In this document: positions 56,527 to 64,000 of the stretch, piece after piece
Layout of the letters: every line of letters begins with the position of its first letter
Numbering within the stretch: position 1 is the stretch's first letter
NCBI GenBank assembly: GCA_036560145.1
Contig: DATBRV010000141.1
Span: forward strand, 13,982 to 77,981
DNA length: 64,000 bases
From: Myxococcota bacterium
GTDB taxonomy: Bacteria; Myxococcota_A; UBA9160; SMWR01
Reading direction: 5' to 3'
Program-made: the position numbers and the translations under genes
Notes under the pieces: model-generated
The model's database searches: none
The model's input: only the letters and a program-made list of their open reading frames with translations
What the model was told of the DNA's origin: nothing

Positions 56527-57306
56527 TCAGCCGCCGGTCTGGCGGCGACCCCGCTCCTGCACCGCGCCCCGCCGCGTCGCCACCAGCTCGGGCGTGATCC
56601 CCTTGGCAAATTCTTTTGAGACGCGCGCCTCGAGGCGCAGCCCCTCTTCGAAGGTGGTCGCGAAGCCGGCGTCGATCACCTGCTTGTAGCCCCGCAGCGA
56701 GGCCGGATCGCAGGAGAGCATGTCCGCGGCCAGCTGCCGGCAGGCGCCGAGCAGCTCGGCCGGCGCCACCACGCGGTTCACGAGCCCCCAGGCGAGCGCC
56801 TGCTCGGCGCCGATGAAGTTCCCGGTGAAGGAGAGCTCCTTGGCCCGCCCGATTCCGATCAGCCGGGGGAGCTTCTGGGAGAGGCCCCAGCCCGGCAGGA
56901 TGCCGACACGCGCATGCGTATCTGCGAAGCGGGCCTCGCTGGACGCGATCAGCAGATCGCAGGCGAGCGCGAGCTCGAAGCCGCCGGTGATGGCGAAGCC
57001 GTTCACGGCGCCGATCACCGGCCCGGGGAAGCCGCGGATCGCGGCCATCATGTCGGCGTCGGTGAAGGCGCCGAGCGGCTGCGAGCCCCGGCTGCCGAGT
57101 TCTTTGAGGTCGAGCCCCGCGCAGAAGGCCTTGCCCGCGCCGGTGAGGATCGCGACCCGGACCGAGTCGTCCTGCGCAAGCTCGCGGAAGCCCTGGGTGA
57201 GGGCCTGGCGCAGCTCGTGCGAGAGCGCGTTCATCGCCTGGGGGCGGTTCAGGGTCAGGCAGGCGACCCCGGCGTTCTTCTCCACCATCAGGACGGGCGA
57301 GGACAT
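56527..57306 (-). CDS. enoyl-CoA hydratase/isomerase (crotonase) family
   Basis: ORF 56527..57306; GGAGG RBS. GAGKAFCAGLDL, GFAITGGFELALACD. Confidence 0.92.
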   Translation of the reverse strand: MSSPVLMVEKNAGVACLTLNRPQAMNALSHELRQALTQGFRELAQDDSVRVAILTGAGKAFCAGLDLKELGSRGSQPLGAFTDADMMAAIRGFPGPVIGAVNGFAITGGFELALACDLLIASSEARFADTHARVGILPGWGLSQKLPRLIGIGRAKELSFTGNFIGAEQALAWGLVNRVVAPAELLGACRQLAADMLSCDPASLRGYKQVIDAGFATTFEEGLRLEARVSKEFAKGITPELVATRRGAVQERGRRQTGG

Positions 57307-57420
57307 GGGGGACCTCCGGGCGGGCAGAAGCGCGAGGATACGGGGCGCGCGCGGCCCGCGCGAGCGCCCGTCGCCGCGCGAGGATGACTCCGCGGGACGC
57401 TTCCGTCACAATCCGCGCCG

Positions 57421-57786
57421 ATGGCGCCGCCGCGCAATCCGGGAAGCTACGCGCGCATCCATGCGGTGGTGCGGCGAATCCCGCGCGGGCGCGTGGCCAC
57501 CTACGGGCAGGTCGCGGCGCTCGCGGGCCTGCCGGGTCAGGCGCGCCAGGTCGGCTACGCCCTGCACGCGCTCGCCGAGGGGAGCCCCGTGCCGTGGCAG
57601 CGGGTGGTGAACGCGCAGGGCGAGGTGAGCCCCCGGCGCATGCCCGGCTGGGACGGCCTACAGCGCGCGCTGCTCGAGCGCGAGGGGATCGACTTCGACG
57701 CGCGCGGCCGCATCGACCTCGAGAGCCGGCGCTGGCGCCCGCGCGCGGGAGCGGGCGGGCGGCGCGCCGCACACGGCTTCGCGTGA
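57421..57786 (+). CDS. MGMT-family DNA-binding protein lacking the acceptor Cys (alkyltransferase-like, ATL)
   Basis: ORF 57421..57786. IPRGRVATYGQVA helix-turn-helix region; VPWQRVV in place of the PCHRV active site. Confidence 0.82.
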   Translation: MAPPRNPGSYARIHAVVRRIPRGRVATYGQVAALAGLPGQARQVGYALHALAEGSPVPWQRVVNAQGEVSPRRMPGWDGLQRALLEREGIDFDARGRIDLESRRWRPRAGAGGRRAAHGFA

Positions 57787-59264
57787 GGCGGATCGCGGGG
57801 CTCGCCGCCGTCGCGCTCGCGCTGCTCCTGCTCGTGCTCGGGATCCGCACCGCCGCGCTGGGCTCGCGCCGGCCGGCGGTGGCCGCGGCCCCCGTCGTGG
57901 TCATCGACGAAGCAGCGGCGGCGCGCCGGCTCGCCGGCGGCCTGCGCCTGCGCACCGTGTCGACGGAAGACCGGGCGGCCGCCCTCGGCGCGCAGTTCGA
58001 GGCCTTCCGCGCCTACCTCGAGCGCAGCTACCCGCGGCTCCACGCCGCGCTCTCGCGCGAGCTCGTGGACGGCGCCAGCCTGCTCTACACCTGGAAGGGT
58101 CGACAGCCCGAGCTGCCGGCGCTGCTGCTGCTCGCGCACCAGGACGTGGTGCCCGTCGAAGCGGGAACCGAAGCCAGCTGGGCGCATCCGCCCTTCGAGG
58201 GCGTGATCGACGCCGGCTACGTGTGGGGACGCGGCGCGGCCGACGACAAGGGCAACCTCTTCGCCATCCTGGAGGCGGTCGAAGGCCTGCTCGCCGAGGG
58301 CTTCACGCCCGAGCGCACGCTGCTGCTCGGCTTTGGCCACGACGAAGAAGTCGGCGGCGAGGGCGCCCAGGCGATCGCGGCGCGGCTCGCGAGCCGCGGG
58401 GACGCGATCGAATCCGTGCTCGACGAGGGCGGCGCGATCGTGCAGGGCGCCGTGCCGGGCGTCGCGACGCCGCTCGCGATGATCGGAACGGCGGAGAAGG
58501 GCTCGCTGACGATCGATCTCTCGGTCGAGATCGAGGGAGGCCACTCTTCGACGCCGCCCCGCCACACCGCGATCGGCATCCTCGCGGCCGCCTTGACCCG
58601 GCTCGAGGCGAACCCGATGCCGGGCCGGATCGCGGGCCCGACCCGCGGCATGGCCGATCGGCTCGCCCCCGAGCTCGGCCTGCCGTTCCGGGTGGTGCTC
58701 GCGAACCTCTGGCTGTTCGGGCCGGTGCTCGAGCTCGCAATGGCCGGCCAGCCGCCGCTCGACGCGCTGCTGCGCACCACCACCGCCGTCACCATCGCGA
58801 GCGGCGGGGTGAAGGAGAACGTGCTCCCGGCACGGGCGAGCGCCGTCGTGAACTTCCGGATCCTGCCGGGCGACACCGTCGAGGACGTGGTGGCGCACGT
58901 GCGCCGCGTGGTCGGCGACGAGCGGATCCAGATCCAGCCCGGCGTCCGCAGCACGCCGCGCAATCCGACCCCGGAATCGCCGGTGGACGATCCCAGCTTC
59001 GCGCGTCTCGCGCTGACGGTCGGGGAGATCTTTCCCGGCGTGCCCGCGGTTCCCTTCCTGGTGCTGGGCGGGACCGACGCGCGGCACTATGCGGAGCTGA
59101 CGCCGCGGCTCTACCGTCTGAGCCCCTTCCTCTTCGAGATGGGGGACCTGAAGCGGGTGCACGGCACCGACGAGCGGCTCTCGATCGCGAGCCTCGCGGA
59201 CGGCGTGCGCTTCTTCCGGCGCCTGATCGAGAATTCCGCGCCCGCTCAGCCGCCTTCGCCGTAG
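57783..59264 (+). CDS. M20/M25/M40 family peptidase (membrane-anchored)
   Basis: GTG 57783 forms a GTGA overlap with the ATL stop, inside ORF 57384..59264. TM anchor, HQDVVP, GAADDKG, GHDEEVGG. Confidence 0.85.
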   Translation: MRRIAGLAAVALALLLLVLGIRTAALGSRRPAVAAAPVVVIDEAAAARRLAGGLRLRTVSTEDRAAALGAQFEAFRAYLERSYPRLHAALSRELVDGASLLYTWKGRQPELPALLLLAHQDVVPVEAGTEASWAHPPFEGVIDAGYVWGRGAADDKGNLFAILEAVEGLLAEGFTPERTLLLGFGHDEEVGGEGAQAIAARLASRGDAIESVLDEGGAIVQGAVPGVATPLAMIGTAEKGSLTIDLSVEIEGGHSSTPPRHTAIGILAAALTRLEANPMPGRIAGPTRGMADRLAPELGLPFRVVLANLWLFGPVLELAMAGQPPLDALLRTTTAVTIASGGVKENVLPARASAVVNFRILPGDTVEDVVAHVRRVVGDERIQIQPGVRSTPRNPTPESPVDDPSFARLALTVGEIFPGVPAVPFLVLGGTDARHYAELTPRLYRLSPFLFEMGDLKRVHGTDERLSIASLADGVRFFRRLIENSAPAQPPSP

Positions 59265-60109
59265 CGCGCCAGCGCCGCGTCGTAGGCGTCGAAGCCGACC
59301 AGCTCGCGCAGCTCCGCGAAATCGAGCAGCCGCGGCGGCGGCTCGCCGCGCGCGAGCGCCGCGAGCGCGTCCTGCATGGCGCGGATGGCGGAGGAGAGCA
59401 GCGTGAGCGGGTACGCGGCGATCCGAAAGCCCAGCGCCTCGAGGCTCGCCGGCGGGAGCAGGGGCGTGTCGCCTCCTTCGACCAGGTTGGCGAGCTGGCG
59501 AGCGGGGATCTCCCGGCAGATCCGCTGCATCTCCGCCTCGGAGCGGGGCGCCTCCACGAACACGATGTCGGCGCCCAGATCGGCGAAGGCGCGTCCGCGC
59601 CAGATGGCTTCGTCGAGCCCGATCGGCCCGCGCGCGTCCGTGCGGGCGAGCACCAGCACGTCCGCCCCCTGCTCGCGCGCGTCGACCGCGGCGCGTACGC
59701 GCGCGAGCGCCTCCTCGCGCGAGACGACCTGCTTGCCGCGCGTGTGCCCGCAGCGCTTGGGCGCGAGCTGGTCCTCGATCATCACGCTCGCGAAGCCCGC
59801 CGCGGCGTAGCCGGAGACCGTGCGTCGCACGTTCATGGGATTCCCGTAGCCGGTGTCGGCGTCTCCGATCACCGGGATCGAGACGGCGGCGCAGATGCTG
59901 CGCCCCTGCTCGACCATCTCGCCGTAGGAGATCAGCCCGGTGTCGGGCAGCGCCAGCCGGGCCGCGGAGACCGCGAAGCCGCTCATGAAGGTGAGCTCGA
60001 AGCCGGCCCGCTCGACGAGTTTCGCCGAGAGCGCGTCGAAGCAGCAGGGCATCACGCGCAGTCCGGGGCGGTCGAGAAGCCGCCTCAGCCTGGCGGCGGA
60101 TGAATCCAT
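59246..60109 (-). CDS. isocitrate lyase/PEP mutase superfamily enzyme (lyase-type)
   Basis: ORF 59246..60109; AGGAGG RBS. GDADTGYG and the catalytic-loop KRCGH motif. Lies 31 nt downstream of the kinase gene on the same strand. Confidence 0.88.
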   Translation of the reverse strand: MDSSAARLRRLLDRPGLRVMPCCFDALSAKLVERAGFELTFMSGFAVSAARLALPDTGLISYGEMVEQGRSICAAVSIPVIGDADTGYGNPMNVRRTVSGYAAAGFASVMIEDQLAPKRCGHTRGKQVVSREEALARVRAAVDAREQGADVLVLARTDARGPIGLDEAIWRGRAFADLGADIVFVEAPRSEAEMQRICREIPARQLANLVEGGDTPLLPPASLEALGFRIAAYPLTLLSSAIRAMQDALAALARGEPPPRLLDFAELRELVGFDAYDAALARYGEGG

Positions 60110-60140
60110 CGTCGTCTCCTCCTGGCGGGGAGGAGATTAC

Positions 60141-61865
60141 CTAGACCGGCAGCCGGATGCAGAACGTGCTGCCGACGCCGACCTTCGAGGTCACGGTGAT
60201 CTCGCCGCCGTGGTGGCGGACGATCTGGTAGCAGTGGGCGAGGCCGAGGCCGGCGGCGGTGCCGGTGCGGCGGGTCGTAAAAAAAGGATCGAAGATCCGC
60301 TCGATCTGGTCCTCGGGAATCCCGCAGCCGTCGTCCTCGACCCGGATCCGCACGAAGTCGCCCTGCGCTTCGGTCACCAGGCGGATCACGCCGAAGTCGC
60401 CCACCGCCTGGAGCGCGTTGAGCAGCAGGTTCAGGAAGACCTGGCGGAGCTGCTGCGCGTCGCAGCGCACGGGAGGCAGCTCGGCGTAGCAGCGCTCGAC
60501 CACCACCGAGAACGAGAGCGCCGCCACGTTGACCGCGTTCTCGAGCAGATCGTTCACGCTCGCGAGCTGCGGCGCGCCGAGGCCGGCCTGCGAGAAGGCG
60601 CTCACCTCCCGCACGATGGTGGCCACGCGCTCGACGCCCTCGCCCGACTCCTCGATCAGGTCGGCGCCCTCGATCAGCACCGGCGCGAGCAGCTCGTCCC
60701 GGGCGTCGACGCCGACGGCGAGCGCGCGCCACTGCTCGCGCAGCTCGATCAGGTTGGCGCGCACGTCCGTGACGGGCTCGTCGATCTCCTGCGCGATCCC
60801 GGCCGCCAGCTCGCCCACCGCGGCCAGCCGCCCGGAGGTGATCAGCCGATTTCGCAGCGCCGCCACCTCGCGCAGGTCCCGGACGGCGAGCACGCGGCCG
60901 ATCACGTCGCGCTGCTCGTCGTGCAGCGGCGAGGCCGAGACCGAGACCGGCATCGGCGCCGATGCCTGTGGCCGCAGGTCCAGCTCGACTCCCCGGGACG
61001 CGGCCGCGCAGTCGCGCGCCAGCCCCGGCAGCCACTGGTAGACCGCCGCGTCGGCGAGCTCGGCCGGCGCGATGCCGACCAAGCGCGCGAAGGCCTCGTT
61101 GCAGGTCCGGATCCGGCCGTCCGGGTGCAGCAGCACGACGCCGTCGCGAAGCGTTTCGAGGATCGGGCGGGCGAAGGCGCCGGGCGCGAGCAGGAAGTAG
61201 CCGTGGCGGCGCACGCTTCCCGCCACGATCGCGCCGAGCGCCAGCAGGCTCATGCTCCCAAGCCTCGGCACGTCGATCGCGAGCAGGGGCAGCAGCGCGT
61301 CGGTTACCGAAGCGACCGCGAGCGGGGCGAGGATGCCCGCCAGCAGCCAGCGCGCCTCGCGGCGCTCGCCGGGCGACACCGTGGGCGGGAACAGGCTGGG
61401 CCACTGCGCGATCACGAAGCCGGTGCTCACGGCCGTCGGCAGGTACACGAGCGGGAAGAGCGGGCCGAAGCGGACCCCCCAGCCCAGGCTCGTCCGCACC
61501 GGCTCCGCGAGACACCAGGGCGTGGCGACGTAGAGCAGGATGGAGGCGACCGCGCAGGCGTACGCCCAGGGCAGCGCGCGGCGCAGCCCGGTGTTGGCGC
61601 CGCCCACCAGCTCCGAGATGATGTGCAGGGTGAGCGGGCCGAGCCACATCCATCCGAGCGAGGAGAGCCGGACCCATTGCAGGACCCGCCGCGGGTCGTC
61701 CGAGAGGCTCCAGAACACCTCGCACAGCGACCAGTGCGCCGAGCAGAGGAGCACGATCGCGACCAGGCGGTTGGCCCGCTGCTTCGAGTTGATCGCGAGC
61801 AGCGCCACCGCGAGCATCACCGCGGCCAGGCTCGCGACGAGCTGGACGATCGCGAAGGGGTGCAT
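60141..61865 (-). CDS. 7TM-PAS sensor histidine-kinase paralogue lacking the phospho-acceptor His
   Basis: ATG 61865 (TGATG overlap with the upstream kinase stop) inside ORF 60141..63665. Multi-TM N-terminus and a PAS domain. H-box reads AAGIAQEIDEP (CAG at 60789-60791). N-box and G-boxes are intact (FLNLLLNALQA, DDGCGI, GLGLA). Confidence 0.85.
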   Translation of the reverse strand: MHPFAIVQLVASLAAVMLAVALLAINSKQRANRLVAIVLLCSAHWSLCEVFWSLSDDPRRVLQWVRLSSLGWMWLGPLTLHIISELVGGANTGLRRALPWAYACAVASILLYVATPWCLAEPVRTSLGWGVRFGPLFPLVYLPTAVSTGFVIAQWPSLFPPTVSPGERREARWLLAGILAPLAVASVTDALLPLLAIDVPRLGSMSLLALGAIVAGSVRRHGYFLLAPGAFARPILETLRDGVVLLHPDGRIRTCNEAFARLVGIAPAELADAAVYQWLPGLARDCAAASRGVELDLRPQASAPMPVSVSASPLHDEQRDVIGRVLAVRDLREVAALRNRLITSGRLAAVGELAAGIAQEIDEPVTDVRANLIELREQWRALAVGVDARDELLAPVLIEGADLIEESGEGVERVATIVREVSAFSQAGLGAPQLASVNDLLENAVNVAALSFSVVVERCYAELPPVRCDAQQLRQVFLNLLLNALQAVGDFGVIRLVTEAQGDFVRIRVEDDGCGIPEDQIERIFDPFFTTRRTGTAAGLGLAHCYQIVRHHGGEITVTSKVGVGSTFCIRLPV

Positions 61866-63619
61866 CAGTCGCCTCCCTCCGCAGCCGGGGCCGTCACCGG
61901 CAGGAGGACACGGAAGCGCATGCCGCGCCCCGGCTGGGATTCGACCTGGATCCGGCCGCCCTGGCGCTCCACGATCTGCCGCGAGATCGCGAGCCCGAGC
62001 CCGGCTTGCGCCACGCCGTCCGGCGACGGCGAGAAGGGATCGAAGATCCGCTCCAGGTCCTCGGGCGTGAGCCCGGCGCCGTCGGTCGCAATCTCGACCC
62101 AGACGAATCCGCCGTCGATTCCGGCCGACAGAGCGAGCTGGCCGCGCTCCTCGATCGTGTTCACGCCCGCCAGCACCAGGTTGAGGAAGACCTGCATCAG
62201 CTCCTGCGGGCGGCAGGGCACCAGCGGAAGCTTCACGAAGCTGCGCTCGACGCTCGCCTTGCGGCGCAGCTGCGGCCCGGCCACACGCAGCGCGGTCTCG
62301 AGCAGCTCGACCGGGTCGGCGGGCTCGTTCTCCGAGCCTCCCTTCCAGGAGAAGCCGCCCACGTCGCGCACGATCGAGGCGATCCGGTCGATTCCGTCCG
62401 CCGCCGCGCGCAGCAGCTCGCGGGAGCGTGTGAGCGCGGCGTACGTATTCGGCGCCGCCGCGCGCGATTCGAAGACTTCCGCGAGATCGTTCCAGTGCCG
62501 CTCCAGCAGGCCGACGTTCGAGCGCACGTAGGCGATCGGGTTGTTGATCTCGTGCGCGATGCCCGCCGCGAGCTGTCCGACCGCGGCCAGGCGCGCCGAG
62601 GTGAGCAGGCGGCTGCGCAGCGAGACCAGCTCCTCGAGATCCCGCACCACCAGCACGCGCCCGATCGCGAAGCCGCTCTCGTCGTGCAGCCAGGCGTCGG
62701 AGATCGAGACCGGCACGCGCGCGCCGGAGGCGCTCCTCAGCTCGCACTCGCGCTCGGCGCCGCCGGCGGCCTCCGGCGGCTCCTGGATCAGCTCGCCCAC
62801 GGGCCGGCCGACGAGATCGTCGGAATCGCGCTTGGCCAGCTGCGCGAGCTTGGCGTTCACGCCCCGGATCCGGCCGTCGAGGCGGACCAGCGCGACGCCG
62901 TCGGGGAGCGTGGCGAGGATCTCGCTCGCGAACTGGCGCGGCGAGAGCCCGGCAGCGCGGAAGCGGTAGGCCATCCACCAGGTGACCAGGCCCCACGCGG
63001 CGACGCTCGCGCTGCCGAGCCTGGGCACCGGCTTGCCGAGAGTCGGCAGCAGGAAGTCGGTGATCGAGGCCACCAGCATGGTGAGGCCGATCGCAAGCTC
63101 GACCCACGGGGTCCCGCGCGATGGCGTCACGCGCTCCAGCGTGCGCAGCCGCAGCGCCCGCAGCAGTGTGAGCACGGGCACCAGCAGCAGGGCCAGGTAG
63201 GCCCAGGGCACCAGCGGTCCGATCCGCGGGACGAAGCCCCAGCTCTCGCGCGTGACGTCGGGCGTGAACCAGGGGCCGCCGAGGGCCGCAAGCACGAGCG
63301 CCGCGCCGATCGCGTACTGGGCGGTCACGATCCAGCGTCTGGGGAGGCGCGGATCGGGCATCACCACGGCCATCAGGTGCAGCGCGACCGGCGAGAGCAG
63401 GATGCTCCCCAGCGCTGCCAGCCGCGCGAAAGGCAAGGCCGAGCCGGCGTCCTTCGCGGTGAGGCAGAGCACCTCGAAGAGCGCCCACCAGACGTCGCAG
63501 AGCAGCACCGCGGCCACCAGGCGGTTCGCGCGCTGGCCCGGTTCGCGTGCGGCGATCGCGGCGGCGAGCGCCGCGGCGCCGAAGGCGGTCGCGAGCGGGA
63601 TCAGGACGGCGGGGTGCAC
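61865..63619 (-). CDS. 7TM-PAS sensor histidine kinase with degenerate N-box
   Basis: ORF 61865..63715. GTG 63619 is preferred by alignment with the paralogue N-terminus (VHPAVLIPLA vs MHPFAIVQLV). H-box AAGIAHEINNP (CAC at 62552-62554). N-box FLNLVLAGVNT has Ala (62168-62170) where the second Asn is expected. Confidence 0.85.
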   Translation of the reverse strand: MHPAVLIPLATAFGAAALAAAIAAREPGQRANRLVAAVLLCDVWWALFEVLCLTAKDAGSALPFARLAALGSILLSPVALHLMAVVMPDPRLPRRWIVTAQYAIGAALVLAALGGPWFTPDVTRESWGFVPRIGPLVPWAYLALLLVPVLTLLRALRLRTLERVTPSRGTPWVELAIGLTMLVASITDFLLPTLGKPVPRLGSASVAAWGLVTWWMAYRFRAAGLSPRQFASEILATLPDGVALVRLDGRIRGVNAKLAQLAKRDSDDLVGRPVGELIQEPPEAAGGAERECELRSASGARVPVSISDAWLHDESGFAIGRVLVVRDLEELVSLRSRLLTSARLAAVGQLAAGIAHEINNPIAYVRSNVGLLERHWNDLAEVFESRAAAPNTYAALTRSRELLRAAADGIDRIASIVRDVGGFSWKGGSENEPADPVELLETALRVAGPQLRRKASVERSFVKLPLVPCRPQELMQVFLNLVLAGVNTIEERGQLALSAGIDGGFVWVEIATDGAGLTPEDLERIFDPFSPSPDGVAQAGLGLAISRQIVERQGGRIQVESQPGRGMRFRVLLPVTAPAAEGGD

Positions 63620-63774
63620 GCGATGGGAGCTCCGTGCGTTCGCATCGGAGGAACCGGCATGCCACTTGAAAGCAGAAGCCCGGGAAGCATCCCGCGCCGC
63701 CTCGTGATTCGGCACGGATCGCCGCGGCGATCCCGGCGTGCTACCGACCTGCGGATCAGGCTCCGGAGGCGCGC

Positions 63775-64000
63775 ATGACCCGGGCGCTCGACGCGCTGCT
63801 CGGAATCCTCGATCTCGAAGAGCTGGAGGTGAACCTCTTCCGCGGCCGCAGCCCTCAAGAAGGCTCGCAGCGCGTCTTCGGGGGGCAGGTGCTGGGGCAG
63901 GCCCTGATCGCCGCCGGCCGCACGGTCGAGCGGGACGCGGCCCACTCCTTCCACGCCTACTTCCTACGTCCGGGGGATCCCAAGACCCCCATCCTCTACC
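63775..64000 (+). CDS. tesB: acyl-CoA thioesterase II (3' end beyond window)
   Basis: Own translation from ATG 63775 (GGAGG upstream): [51 protein letters not shown]...[19 protein letters not shown]. This closely parallels the E. coli TesB N-terminus. It is absent from the ORF track because the frame is open at the window end. Confidence 0.9.
   Translation, partial: MTRALDALLGILDLEELEVNLFRGRSPQEGSQRVFGGQVLGQALIAAGRTVERDAAHSFHAYFLRPGDPKTPILY

Noticed and set aside
61866-63665. The N-terminal 600 aa of the 1174-aa ORF 60141..63665, which would make one giant kinase.
   Set aside because: That part is an out-of-frame shadow over the upstream kinase gene (61865..63619). The recognisable protein starts at ATG 61865 (MHPFAIVQLV...), which aligns with the paralogue N-terminus.

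Overview
Very GC-rich bacterial chromosomal segment (about 70 % by eye, not computed), densely coding on both strands. I support about 65 protein genes. I recognised no rRNA, tRNA, CRISPR array, transposase or integrase. Frames were chosen from family motifs in the ORF-track translations, ribosome-binding sites and 1-4 nt start/stop overlaps. The long Arg/Ala/Pro-rich ORFs are antisense or out-of-frame shadows and were discarded. The ORF track prints GTG/TTG starts as M, so several starts were re-placed by reading the DNA.

Content, left to right:
- P450 (cut by the window edge), two MFS transporters, a GT39/TIGR03663-like membrane protein, a Tat-signal aldo/keto reductase with Fe-S motifs, and a GH13 glucosidase.
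- A three-gene module: Cys-rich secreted protein, CxxC outer-membrane barrel, TlpA-like redoxin.
- Sulfotransferase coupled to a polytopic membrane protein, and an FG-GAP protein with a 28-proline linker.
- A second P450 operon, then assorted envelope and housekeeping genes (M19 dipeptidase, GT2, aqpZ, M48, DUF853 ATPase).
- A seven-gene acyl-CoA operon at 30365-37411.
- Two PEP-CTERM proteins and an outer-membrane barrel.
- An ALDH-AKR-EEP-COG0523 operon, a DUF3516 helicase, nth, and a tandem histidine-kinase pair.
- The 5' end of tesB at the right edge.

Most interesting observations:
1. The 30365-37411 operon has the gene content of the actinobacterial igr/ChsE-ChsH-Ltp2 sterol side-chain module plus FadA5- and Hsd4A-like genes. 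A 14-bp TnnAACnnGTTnnA (KstR-type) palindrome lies in its promoter region. The surrounding genome otherwise looks diderm (PEP-CTERM proteins, beta-barrel outer-membrane proteins).
2. Two translationally coupled paralogous sensor kinases carry complementary defects. One lacks the phospho-acceptor His (AQEIDEP); the other lacks the second N-box Asn.
3. A family of about 30-55 bp intergenic repeats has a conserved core and copy-specific hairpins of different sequence.

All functional calls rest on motif recognition; no database search was run.
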